In this document: positions 26,754-35,930 of the stretch, piece after piece
How positions within the stretch are numbered: the first letter of the stretch is position 1
Layout of the letters: every line of letters begins with the position of its first letter
Source: Thermoplasmatales archaeon ex4484_6
GTDB lineage: Archaea > Thermoplasmatota > Penumbrarchaeia > Penumbrarchaeales > Penumbrarchaeaceae
Assembly: GCA_002254385.1 (NCBI GenBank)
Contig: NJDO01000016.1
Span: 1-35,930 of the forward strand
Reading direction: 5' to 3'
Length of the DNA: 35,930 bases
The notes under the pieces: model-generated
The model's database searches: none
Seen by the model: only the letters and a program-made list of their open reading frames with translations
Told to the model about the DNA's origin: nothing
Made by a program: the position numbers and the translations under genes

Positions 26754-27551
26754 ATGAATGGAAGGAAGGGGGCCGGCCACACACTTTCGCGCGAGGAGAT
26801 ATACCGTAGCAGGGGATGGAAGGATCCTACCCTCTTCAAAGTGGCTGCGGCGATGTCATGGCTGCCCCTCTTCATCCTTGCCATCGTTCTTTTCTCCGTC
26901 TCGCTGGCAGCTCCCATTTATCTCATCCGGTTCGTCCTCTCGATATACGGGTCCATAACCTCTTATCTCCTTATCGATACACTGCTCCTTGGAGCATCCA
27001 TAGGGGCTGCCTACATCCTGTTCGGCCTTGGACTGTTAATCTTCGGGCCCGGATTGAAATGGATCCTGGGCATCTTCTCCCATCAGAGGGAGGGCGAATA
27101 TCCGTTCCTCTCACCGGCTGCCGGCTACTGGTCGGTGGTCAATGGCATCATCCTTTTCAACAGGCTTCTCTTCCTTGAACTGACGAGGACAACCTCCCTG
27201 ATAACCCTGTTCTACAGGCTCATGGGAATGAGGATAGGGGTGGGGACGCTAATCAATTCCACCTTTCTTCATGACCCCGATCTGGTGACGATAGGAAAAA
27301 GGGTGACCATAGGAGGGGATGTGATGATACTCGGTCATGTGGGAGAAAGGGGGGTCCTGAAGCTTGAGAGGGTTGTGATAGGGGATGATGTCGACATCGG
27401 GCAGTCTGCACTTATCCTTCCCGGAACCAGGATAGGGGAAGGAGCGGTAATAGGTGCGGGTTCCCTCGTGACAAAGGGATCGATAATACCACCCAACGAG
27501 ATGTGGGCAGGTGTTCCGGCCCGAAGGATGGGGCATGTGAGACATCCCTGA
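26754..27551 (+). CDS. membrane-anchored hexapeptide-repeat (left-handed beta-helix) acyltransferase
   Basis: N-terminal TM segments, then GMRIG, VTIGKRVTIGG, VVIGDDVDIG, RIGEGAVIGAGSLV and WAGVPAR. Confidence 0.82.
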   Translation: MNGRKGAGHTLSREEIYRSRGWKDPTLFKVAAAMSWLPLFILAIVLFSVSLAAPIYLIRFVLSIYGSITSYLLIDTLLLGASIGAAYILFGLGLLIFGPGLKWILGIFSHQREGEYPFLSPAAGYWSVVNGIILFNRLLFLELTRTTSLITLFYRLMGMRIGVGTLINSTFLHDPDLVTIGKRVTIGGDVMILGHVGERGVLKLERVVIGDDVDIGQSALILPGTRIGEGAVIGAGSLVTKGSIIPPNEMWAGVPARRMGHVRHP

Positions 27552-27556
27552 TGTCA

Positions 27557-28915
27557 TCACCACAGCATCAGAATGACAGGCAGGAGGAGAACGCCCATGG
27601 CATGCGATCTCCTGATGCCGATGTTGGGAGCGATCATTCCGACAGCGGTGGATACGGAAAGCATCAGAAGACCGAGCACCCCCGTGAACGCGAAAACCAT
27701 GACCACGATCAGCCCGATTATCCCTATGACAAGTTTGTCATAAGGTATCCTGGGTATGAGATTCGCGAACCTTCCGCCAAGGAATGTTGTCAGGAAGAAC
27801 CCTGCACATGATGCGATGAGAACCGAGATCAGCAGCAGAACAAGATCGGAGGGGGGAATGATACCGTTCCATTCAACGGCATCTATCAGCTCGTTGACCA
27901 CGATGGCAGCTCCGGACCTCGGTCTCAGTATCAGAAACAGCGCTGACAGGACGAAGAATGAATTTGCGGTATTGATGGCCGAGAGCGTGAGGATGACGAA
28001 TGAGGGCTTCGGCTCCTTTTTACACATCATCGCAATAACCGTTGCAACGCCTCCACTCATACCGGGCAGGAACCCTACAAGTGAGCCCGCTGTCGAACCC
28101 ATTGCTATTGCACCACCGGCTTCTCCCGGATCGAGCGATACCTGCTCCCTGTGCTGTTCGGGGACGGAAGCACCACCTCTCAGGCTCTCCAGCAGCGTCG
28201 ATGTTCCGAAAAGTCCTGACAGCAGCGGAAACAGGGCTGTGGCGGGAAGCCCGAACGGGGATGAGACCGGCATGTTCAACGCTGCCGCCCCCAGACACCC
28301 CGACAGGAGGAACAGAAGGAATGCCGCGGCAACACCCATTGTCCTCGAGAGGAGGCCTTTCCTCCAAACAGCGCGCCCGTTCTCGTCCTTCTCCCTTCTG
28401 TAGGGTATCTCGGCCGTCTCGGTGACGAGCATCAGAACGACCACACCCATGAGGACCCATACCATGTATTCCTTCAGGATCTGGTATAGATTCACGGGTT
28501 CGTTGATCATCAACCTGAAGGGAACCAGGAGCAGACAGCCGAACATCACGGCACCGAAGCTCCCCGCGGCAGAGAGGAATATGGCCCGGTAGCCCCTCCC
28601 CTCGAGGAGCATCCCGTGGGCCGGGAGGACGGACAGTGCCGTCTCCGGTTCGGGAGCGCCAAGGAATGTGGATGGTATGAAATCAAGGAATGTGTGTGTC
28701 ATCGACGTGGCAACGATTGATGATGATACCATCAGAAGGACTACCCCCTCATCGAGATGAAGGGCCCCTTCAAGGGATTCCACGATAAGCGGGGATACGG
28801 AGAGAAGCAGTATGGCGACATTGTTGACATGCAGCCCCGGTATCAATCCGGTGAATACTCCGAACAGGGTACCGACAATGGAGGCGGAAACAATGAGGAG
28901 AAGCGTATCCATCAT
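27557..28915 (-). CDS. TctA-family (archaeal DUF112) multi-pass membrane protein
   Basis: GLIPGLHVN, HTFLDFIPSTFLGAP..TALSVLPAH, LLSGLFG, GFLPG, RPRSGA and RRSHAMG. Confidence 0.88.
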   Translation of the reverse strand: MMDTLLLIVSASIVGTLFGVFTGLIPGLHVNNVAILLLSVSPLIVESLEGALHLDEGVVLLMVSSSIVATSMTHTFLDFIPSTFLGAPEPETALSVLPAHGMLLEGRGYRAIFLSAAGSFGAVMFGCLLLVPFRLMINEPVNLYQILKEYMVWVLMGVVVLMLVTETAEIPYRREKDENGRAVWRKGLLSRTMGVAAAFLLFLLSGCLGAAALNMPVSSPFGLPATALFPLLSGLFGTSTLLESLRGGASVPEQHREQVSLDPGEAGGAIAMGSTAGSLVGFLPGMSGGVATVIAMMCKKEPKPSFVILTLSAINTANSFFVLSALFLILRPRSGAAIVVNELIDAVEWNGIIPPSDLVLLLISVLIASCAGFFLTTFLGGRFANLIPRIPYDKLVIGIIGLIVVMVFAFTGVLGLLMLSVSTAVGMIAPNIGIRRSHAMGVLLLPVILMLW

Positions 28916-30116
28916 TGTACGTCCTCACATGCTTCAAGGTAGAAGGCGTTCCCTTCGGGGTCCATGCGAATCCGTCCCCTCACCTCCGAACGCTCCCCTT
29001 CAACGTATTCTCCGGTCCCTCTCATTTCCAGCTTTGCCCCGTCATCGACGACGAACACGGCATCTCCCTCTCTCACGATGTATCCCTCGATCAATACCAT
29101 GGCTCCCTCGTAAGGGGACACACCGTATTCCAGATTCGAAAGGTCCACCCTCCAGGGTCCGTGAGGAGAGATGACCTCCGCACTTTCCGCAAGGAGCGTA
29201 TATCTGACCTGCTCGGCATCCCATCTGAACGTTGTATTGTGCAGTTCGACAAGATCTCCCATGTGAATGAGAGGATTCCTTTCCGGAAGTAACACCTTGA
29301 TGGATATCAGGGATCCCGCAGGCTCGTCGCTGACATAGATGGTACGCGAGGAGGGTTCATACCTGATATAGGCCTTAAGGTCCATCTTTCCCCCGGGGAG
29401 GTCCGAAGGAGACAGAGCTGCCCCCTCGATTACGGAGAGGAGAGCGGACGTTGCGGGTTCCGGTCTGGAGAGTACCTCCACACTCCCTTCGCCGAAGCAG
29501 ATCATGCGTCCGCCAGGATACATCAGGCCCTCCATCCGGACGATATCTCCCGATCTGAGGTCGCAATCGGACCGTATGAGGTCGACATCGATGAACATTG
29601 TCCTTCCCTCCTCTTCCATGACAACCTCGAGCTCCCTGCCGCTTCCGAACCCGGAAGAGGCATACACGATGGTCCCGTTCAGGAGGGAAGCTTCCGCCAC
29701 TTTGACATCGGTTCGTGTGTTCAGTGTGGAGGCTCTCCGAACGACATCGATGCCCCTGTCCGACTGTACGGTGATCGTGATCCCGTATCCGTCATCAAGG
29801 ACCTCTCCCGTTGCGCTGATGACATCTCCCGTTCCATAGTTCTCGGAGGACCTCTCGATGAAAACCTCGGCACTGGCGTTTCCGTCAACGATCATGATAA
29901 TGGAGGAGCCGTGTTCGTTGAAGTATTGACCCACGACGGTTCCCTTCGTCCTTACCTTCCTTCTCCGTCCGAACCCTCGAGCTCCCCGAGAGCGAGCTCA
30001 TCCGGCTGCGCAAGATATGCCATCAGGGTCAGAAGAAGGACCCCCGTTACCGAGAAGATGATCACTACGGCTCTGACCCTGGCCTCGCTTATCCTGAACG
30101 CCGACATGGCACTCAT
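28912..30116 (-). pseudogene. membrane-anchored tandem OB-fold protein, frameshifted near 29955
   Basis: The TM anchor (ORF 30116..29952) continues in another frame as KVRTKGTVVGQYF into ORF 28912..29934. That ORF has repeated G(D/E).V..xG OB-like units. ATGA overlap with the TctA gene. Confidence 0.65.
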
Positions 30117-30354
30117 CCTCGGCTGACCATCATCGAAACCGGATAAATATCTTTTGAGATGAATCCCCCGAATGAACATTCATGGACGACAGATCGCATC
30201 TTCCGGATCGATCCCGCCGACTGATGGGTCATTCATCGAGAGGACATGCATTATCCCGGAAAGGGAAGAGGGGAGCTCGCACTAGGCCAATGTTAAATAG
30301 GGGTCAATTCAATATAGGTGAGGTAGGGATAAAGGTACAACAGGTTCGATCCAC

Positions 30355-30807
30355 ATGCCTATCAACAGAGACGGTACCTCGGGTTCTTCGACTTTTCCGG
30401 GAAACAAGGATGATGTGATATCCCGTCTGGTACTTGCAAGAGCGATCCAATCATCGTTCGTGAAGAAGAACGACGAGGGGACCATCGAGACGGATGTAGC
30501 GGAGGAAATGGCGGAGCATGTTCTGAATTTTTTCGGTTTCGGGGAGAGGATAATAGACAACATGCTGAAGACCGATGACAGGGACATATTCTACATGCTG
30601 GAGGATCTGGGCATACTGAAGACGGAGAGGGAGGAGACCACTCTCTACGACGGCAGGGAGTGGAGGATCAACTACTGGACATTGAAGAAGAAGTACATCG
30701 CAGATCTTTCCGGGATGGGGAGAAAGGGGGAAGGCCTCCATCGCGGCATTCCATTTGACGATGAAGAGATATACGAAGAGCTTCCGGATGATATCTGGTC
30801 CAGATGA
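30355..30807 (+). CDS. DUF6015-like archaeal protein
   Basis: AEHVLNFFGF..RIIDN.L...DRD.FY.LED.GIL...EETTL..GREWRI.YW and C-terminal IYEELP..W. Confidence 0.75.
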   Translation: MPINRDGTSGSSTFPGNKDDVISRLVLARAIQSSFVKKNDEGTIETDVAEEMAEHVLNFFGFGERIIDNMLKTDDRDIFYMLEDLGILKTEREETTLYDGREWRINYWTLKKKYIADLSGMGRKGEGLHRGIPFDDEEIYEELPDDIWSR

Positions 30808-30899
30808 GCGGATTGACTTCACACCTCCGTGTAACATTTCTGCACAAATATTTTTATAGGAATATGTATCAAGCCACTTCGAACCAAGGAGTAGATCCC

Positions 30900-31550
30900 A
30901 TGTCACTTATGGATGATGAAACAAAAGGAAAGGTCAAGGAAGCACTTCTGGAAATGGAAGAACCCGTTCACATTCTGATATTCACCAGCAAGGACAACTG
31001 TCCGATGTGCGATGATACCGTGAAGATAGCCAAAGAGGTCTCGGAGCTGGCTGACAAGCTTACATTCGAGGAGCTGAACCTTGAATCCAGCAAGGATATT
31101 GCAGAGAGGTTCAAGGTCGACAAAACGCCGGCCATGGTGCTCCTCAAGGGAAAGGACAGAAACGGCTCCTATATGGGCATAAGATTCTTCGGAATACCTT
31201 CCGGGTACGAGTTCACATCCCTTCTGGATTCCATACTGACGATATCTCACGGGAATGTCGGCCTCTCCGATGAGGCAAAGGAGTATCTCAGGAACCTCGA
31301 CAAGGATGTTCACATGCAGGTGTTCGTCACACCAACATGCCCCTACTGTCCGAGGTCCGTTGTACTTGCCCATCATATGGCCCTCATGAGCGACCGGATA
31401 ACCGCCGATATGATCGAGGCCCAGGAATTCCCCGAACTCTCCCAGAAATACCAGGTCATGGGAGTTCCGAGAACGGTAATAAACGAGGTCCATCATCAGG
31501 AAGGGGCGGCTCCCGAGAACATGATACTGGACCTTATCAGGAAAGCCTGA
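30900..31550 (+). CDS. pdo: archaeal protein disulfide oxidoreductase (two thioredoxin folds)
   Basis: CPMC and CPYC active sites, GIPSGYEF, VFVTPTCPYCP and VMGVP. Confidence 0.92.
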   Translation: MSLMDDETKGKVKEALLEMEEPVHILIFTSKDNCPMCDDTVKIAKEVSELADKLTFEELNLESSKDIAERFKVDKTPAMVLLKGKDRNGSYMGIRFFGIPSGYEFTSLLDSILTISHGNVGLSDEAKEYLRNLDKDVHMQVFVTPTCPYCPRSVVLAHHMALMSDRITADMIEAQEFPELSQKYQVMGVPRTVINEVHHQEGAAPENMILDLIRKA

Positions 31551-31807
31551 AAGGTCCTTCGTGGACGGCAGTGGTTCCTCGATGAACCCCGGCAGGCCGT
31601 TCCCGCGATCTGACGGGCAAAGGCGGGTGGGTCCGGCGGAAATGCCGCCCGCTCCGGTATCTCATTTGATATCACCGGGGAAAAACACATATAGAATTTC
31701 CCGAAGTAGAATAATGGGATCCTCGGAACACTGAAGAGATGACAATTTCGGGATGTATCCCGAGATGAAGGAACGTCCATGCGAACATATGAGACGGGGG
31801 GACAAGG

Positions 31808-33247
31808 TTGAGAAAGGCTCCAGTAGATGATGGCAAATATGCTCATATCATCGAGGCAGCATCCCTTGCCACCTGGGAATGGAACGTTCAAACGGGGGAC
31901 GTCGCTTTCAATGACAGATGGTTCGGGTTGATAGGTTACGAACCGGGAGAGCTTCCCCTCCGCATTGAGACCTGGAAGAATCTCGTGCATCCCGATGACT
32001 TGGAAAGGGTGATGAACTCACTGGATGACCATCTCGAGGGAAAGACCGAGAATTACTGCTCCGAATACAGACTGAGATGCAAGGACGGGTCATGGAGATG
32101 GGTCCTGGATACCGGAAAGGTCATAGAAAAGGACAGCAAGGGAAAACCTCTGACAGCGGCAGGTATTCATATCGATATCGATGACAGGAAGAGGATGGAG
32201 GAAAGGCTCCATCTCAGCGAGAAGAAATATGTCTCCGTCCTTGAAAACAGTCCCATCAACATCTATCTGGTGGACAGGGATTCCATGAGGATCATCGAGG
32301 CGAATTCGGCACTTTCCAGTCTTCTCGGCTACTCGAGGGAGGAACTCCTCGAGATGACCCCCTATGATTTCATATTTCACGACAAGGAGGATGTTGACGG
32401 GAAGGTCAGCGGATTGCCCGAGGAGCACTATGGATTCGTGGGTGAGAGGAAGTACGTGACAAAGTGCGGAAAGGTGTTGGATGTGGAGGTTTCGGCCAAC
32501 ATCATAGAATTCGGGGAGAAGAAGGTAATCAGCGTGGTCTCGTGGGACGTCTCTGAGCTCAAGAAGGTCCAAAGGGAACTAATGGAAATGAACGAGGTTC
32601 TGACCCTCATCGGGAAGATATCGAGGCATGATATCCGAAACCGTCTGGCGGTCGCTCTGGGCCTCATAGGTCTGAGGAGAGAGGGTCTCTCGGATGATCC
32701 GATGATGATCGAGGAGGCGTATAAATCGATCCAGAGGGCCGTGGACATCACGAAGAGGATGAACGATCTCGAGAAACTCATGACGGGGGGAGGCAGGCTG
32801 GAGAGGAGGGACATCAACGAGATAATCGAGAACGTGCTCTCCTCACACTCCGTGAAATACCGCATCAAGGGAAGATGCCAGGCATTCGTGGACGATGCAT
32901 TCGATTCCGTCGTGGAGAACCTTGTCACCAACGCCATCACACACGGCAGGGCCACCCGTATCAATGTCGAAATGACCGAGCAGGACGGGAAATGCAGGAT
33001 AGCCTTCGAGGATAACGGAAAGGGAATACCCGAGGACATAAGTGGTGAGCTCTTCAATGAGGGCGTGTCCTGGGGTGAAACAAGGGGTACGGGATTGGGT
33101 CTGTACATCGTGAGAAAGGTCATCGAGAGATACGGAGGAAAGGTGTGGTTCGAGGCGGCCAGATCCGGCGGGGCAAGGTTCGTCCTGACCCTGCCGAAGA
33201 AAATGAAGGAGCTCAAAATCGAGCCGACGGTTTCGAATGATATCTGA
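31808..33247 (+). CDS. cytoplasmic PAS/PAC sensor histidine kinase
   Basis: PAS_3 (WEWN, VHPDD, EYRLRCKDGSWRWV), a second PAS, H-box RHDIRN, N-box NLVTNA, G1 DNGKGI and G2 GTGLGL. Start uncertain (TTG). Confidence 0.9.
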   Translation: MRKAPVDDGKYAHIIEAASLATWEWNVQTGDVAFNDRWFGLIGYEPGELPLRIETWKNLVHPDDLERVMNSLDDHLEGKTENYCSEYRLRCKDGSWRWVLDTGKVIEKDSKGKPLTAAGIHIDIDDRKRMEERLHLSEKKYVSVLENSPINIYLVDRDSMRIIEANSALSSLLGYSREELLEMTPYDFIFHDKEDVDGKVSGLPEEHYGFVGERKYVTKCGKVLDVEVSANIIEFGEKKVISVVSWDVSELKKVQRELMEMNEVLTLIGKISRHDIRNRLAVALGLIGLRREGLSDDPMMIEEAYKSIQRAVDITKRMNDLEKLMTGGGRLERRDINEIIENVLSSHSVKYRIKGRCQAFVDDAFDSVVENLVTNAITHGRATRINVEMTEQDGKCRIAFEDNGKGIPEDISGELFNEGVSWGETRGTGLGLYIVRKVIERYGGKVWFEAARSGGARFVLTLPKKMKELKIEPTVSNDI

Positions 33248-33289
33248 TCTTTCTTTGATACCCTGGAAAGGGAAGGGCACGGGAAATGA

Positions 33290-33324
33290 TTATATAACGA
33301 AACTCGATATCGTTCTTCGATATC
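33290..33324 (+). promoter_or_regulatory. TATA box plus palindromic operator of the padR operon
   Basis: TTATATAA at 33290, then GATATCG-N5-CGATATC at 33306-33324, just before ATG 33326. Confidence 0.65.
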
Positions 33325-33325
33325 A

Positions 33326-33625
33326 ATGTACGAGAACAAGGTTGTCCTTGGCCTTATCCGGGTCCACATCCTCCATCATTCGGATTCTGACGAGGGGTTC
33401 TACGGTTCCTGGATGATGGATGAACTCAAACGGCACGGATACAGCATCAGCCCGGGAACCATCTACCCCATCCTTCATGAGATGGAGGGGGATGGCGTGA
33501 TCAGATCCGAGAAGGTCGTATCGAACGGCAGGGTCAGAAAGGTATACCGCATAACTCCGAAAGGCAGGGAGGTCCTGAGGGAGCTCCTGGGCTATGTCAG
33601 GGAGCTCTCCGACGAGGTGCTTTAA
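33326..33625 (+). CDS. PadR-family transcriptional regulator
   Basis: YGSWMMDEL..HGY.ISPGTIYPILH, RKVYRITPKG. Confidence 0.92.
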   Translation: MYENKVVLGLIRVHILHHSDSDEGFYGSWMMDELKRHGYSISPGTIYPILHEMEGDGVIRSEKVVSNGRVRKVYRITPKGREVLRELLGYVRELSDEVL

Positions 33626-34305
33626 TGAACATCTACGAGATAAGGAATGTTGAGGTGGCCCTCGGAAGGAAGAAGGTCCTGAAAGGGATAGACCTTGATG
33701 TCCGGAAGGGGGAGATAATGGCGCTGGTGGGTCCTTCCGGAAGCGGCAAGACCACCCTTCTTCGCTGTCTCAACAGATTGATAGACCCGGATTCCGGGAG
33801 TATAAGGTTCGAAGGCAAGGATATCCGCTCCATCGACCCCGTCGAACTAAGAAGGAGCGCCGTCCTTGTTCCCCAGGAGAGCATAATGCTCGATGGAACG
33901 GTGGAGAACAACATCCTCTACGGTCCAAGGATCGCGGGAGCTTCCCGGAAGGTGGATGTCGCCGGATGCCTCGAGGATGCTGGGCTTCCCCCGAGGATGT
34001 CCGGGAGGGAAGCTTCAAGGCTTTCCGGCGGGGAGAAGAAGAGGGTGGCCCTTGCAAGGGCCCTTGCACTCGAGCCCCGGGTTCTTCTCCTTGACGAGCC
34101 CACCGTCGGGGTGGATCCGAGGAAGGTGGATCAGGTCGAGAGAACCATCCTGCAGTTCTCCGAAAGAAGAAGATTGACAGTTGTATGGGTCACGCATGAT
34201 GTACCCCAGGCCATGAGGGTCTCGACAAGGATAGCGAATCTGAAGGACGGGAGGGTGAGGGAAGTGAAGGAGACGTCGGAATTCGAATGGGAGGGAGTCT
34301 ATTGA
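33625..34305 (+). CDS. ABC transporter ATP-binding protein (FetA/YbbL-like)
   Basis: Walker A GPSGSGKT, signature LSGGE, Walker B LLLDEP and the VTHD switch. Overlaps the padR stop. Confidence 0.9.
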   Translation: MNIYEIRNVEVALGRKKVLKGIDLDVRKGEIMALVGPSGSGKTTLLRCLNRLIDPDSGSIRFEGKDIRSIDPVELRRSAVLVPQESIMLDGTVENNILYGPRIAGASRKVDVAGCLEDAGLPPRMSGREASRLSGGEKKRVALARALALEPRVLLLDEPTVGVDPRKVDQVERTILQFSERRRLTVVWVTHDVPQAMRVSTRIANLKDGRVREVKETSEFEWEGVY

Positions 34306-35096
34306 CAGGAATACCGTACACGCCCGAGGAGGGGGCCCTGGTCCTTGCCGGAGCCTCTGTACTGCTCATTGTGGTGCTGCTGATATCCGTATGGAAGAAG
34401 ATGGGGATCGGCAGGGAGTTCGTTGTGGGCCTCTTGATGGGGGGTGCCCAGCTCTTCGGGATCGCCGTTCTGTTGACGTTCCTTTTCAGGTTCGATGATG
34501 ACGTGAGGATCTGGTTCCCTCCCGTTATCGTGCTGATCGGTCTGATGGCGGTCATAGGCGGGAGGAGGTCCGCGAAGAGAGCTTCAGGGATGCCCGGTGC
34601 CGTAAGGATAACCACTCCCGCCATCATTGCAGGGGCAGCCGTTTCGCTCACCGTCCTTGCCCTGTCCCGGGCCATGCCTCTCAAACCCCAGTTCATCGTT
34701 CCCCTTGCCGGCATGGCATTCGGGAACTCCATGACCATATGCTCCCTGGCACTTGATCGTCTCGTCAGGGAGTTCGAGATGAACAGGGCCGCCATAGAGA
34801 CCAGGCTGTCCCTCGGAGCCTCCTCGAAACAGGCCATGGAGGATCTGTCCAGAAGATGTGTTCGGGCAGCACTGATACCGACAATTGACAGATTGAAGAC
34901 CCTGGGGATCATATTCATCCCCGGGGCGATGGCCGGACTCCTTATAGCCGGGACGGATCCCCTCGTTGCGGCGGAGTACCAGCTCATAGTCTACCTGATG
35001 ATAGTGGGAGGCGGCATCGTCACGTCCCTCATCGTGGCAGTCCTCTCGAGGAGCAGGTTCTTCAATGAGAATGAACAGGTAAGGGACTGGATATGA
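34302..35096 (+). CDS. fetB: ABC transporter permease, FetB/YbbM (UPF0014) family
   Basis: PQFIVPLAGM.FGNSM, LSLGAS, ALIPTID.LKT.GIIFIPGAMAG and AAEYQ. TTG 34302 overlaps the upstream stop (alternative ATG 34287). Confidence 0.88.
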   Translation: MTGIPYTPEEGALVLAGASVLLIVVLLISVWKKMGIGREFVVGLLMGGAQLFGIAVLLTFLFRFDDDVRIWFPPVIVLIGLMAVIGGRRSAKRASGMPGAVRITTPAIIAGAAVSLTVLALSRAMPLKPQFIVPLAGMAFGNSMTICSLALDRLVREFEMNRAAIETRLSLGASSKQAMEDLSRRCVRAALIPTIDRLKTLGIIFIPGAMAGLLIAGTDPLVAAEYQLIVYLMIVGGGIVTSLIVAVLSRSRFFNENEQVRDWI

Positions 35097-35805
35097 TCGG
35101 GTCGTTCCGAGGTCCTTCCATGCATGATATTATCCTGTCCATTATCTCCTTCCTTTCTCTTGAAAGGTAGAACATGTGGCCTCCGCGGTAGGTGTATCTG
35201 ATCATGTCCCTTCTTTCTATTGCGGAGATGGAGACGATCCGATCGGCGGGAGAATAGAAGACGATATCGTCCTTCCTGGGCTCCGGCATTCCGAGCTGGG
35301 CCTTCCGCATCTCGTGCACCGTCTTCGGAAGGATGTATTCGGGTATGCCGTACATCTCCTCGTCTGTTGCCAGGGGGCCCGCATCCTCCTTTTCGAAATG
35401 TCTCTTCAGGGGAGGCATGTTGATCCTTGCAAGAAGTGACAGAGCCGTTGTAAGGCCCCTGAATTCCAGTCTGTCGCTTATACCCCAGAAGGGACTGAGA
35501 TAGACGGTCCGGGAGCTCCCCTCGAGGTATGCGGCTGTCAGACCCCCGAGGGAGAACCCCGCCGTAATATGATCTCCAAGGGAAGCTCCTACCTCCCTTG
35601 CGGGTTCCACCAGCTCCTTCTTGAAATCCCTGATCACCACGGGGAGCTGTATGTAGATCACCCCGAACCCGGCTTCCGTGAACCGGTTCAGGGCCCATTT
35701 GATTCCGGGCTGGGAAAGATTCCCTCCGAATCCGTGGATGAAGAGGAGCTTCCTCCTTCCCGAGGAATAGTCCACGGCCTTGAATCCCTGCGGGATGCTG
35801 GGCAT
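35062..35805 (-). CDS. alpha/beta hydrolase
   Basis: FIHGFGG oxyanion motif, GFSLG nucleophile elbow, D in SPADRIV and H in GGH. Confidence 0.82.
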   Translation of the reverse strand: MPSIPQGFKAVDYSSGRRKLLFIHGFGGNLSQPGIKWALNRFTEAGFGVIYIQLPVVIRDFKKELVEPAREVGASLGDHITAGFSLGGLTAAYLEGSSRTVYLSPFWGISDRLEFRGLTTALSLLARINMPPLKRHFEKEDAGPLATDEEMYGIPEYILPKTVHEMRKAQLGMPEPRKDDIVFYSPADRIVSISAIERRDMIRYTYRGGHMFYLSRERKEIMDRIISCMEGPRNDPIISSPLPVHSH

Positions 35806-35930
35806 GAGGGGGAATCGGGAGCCTGGATGAAATCATTTTCGGGAGGTGGGGTGGAGCTCCCGATCCCGATGATGACGGAATAGACCTTGGGAATAAGCGG
35901 GAATTTTTTAAATATGGAGCAAATCCATTT

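Noticed and set aside
32428-33369. 313-aa antisense ORF (and 34190..34987, 34991..35836)
   Set aside because: Shadow or alternative frames of the histidine kinase, fetB and hydrolase genes.
1-35930. Selenocysteine/pyrrolysine or alternative-code readthrough as the cause of the broken genes
   Set aside because: The DUF72 and OB-fold breaks change frame, and the stops at 23587 and 29952 are TAA. Other genes end normally on TGA/TAG.

Overview
Gene-dense archaeal chromosomal segment, most consistent with a Thermoplasmatota archaeon. The evidence is an archaeal AspRS, a DUF6015-like protein, an archaeal protein-disulfide oxidoreductase, TATA-box promoters and GGTGA-type RBSs. It holds about 27 protein genes. 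I saw no rRNA, tRNA, CRISPR array or mobile element. Contents, left to right: a minus-strand cluster (Zn-ribbon protein, broken DUF72, AmmeMemoRadiSam radical SAM, ThiI-like THUMP protein lacking its PP-loop); NAD(P)HX repair enzyme; three large single-pass Ig/cadherin/PKD-like surface proteins; a proline-dehydrogenase/sarcosine-oxidase-like flavoenzyme pair; carbamate kinase; a KamA-family aminomutase with non-lysine substrate residues; thioredoxin; a SPASM radical SAM enzyme; aspS; a ~1000-aa helical-repeat protein; a membrane hexapeptide acyltransferase; an OB-fold protein coupled to an orphan TctA-like permease; PDO; a PAS histidine kinase; a PadR-FetAB operon with a palindromic operator; and an alpha/beta hydrolase. 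Three apparent frame lesions (~2610, ~23590, ~29955) could be assembly errors or real. The best candidates for new biology are the membrane OB-fold plus orphan TctA pair, the AmrS plus degenerate ThiI pair, the variant KamA, and a triple-hairpin 3' end on a surface-protein mRNA. All family calls come from motif recognition, not from database searches.
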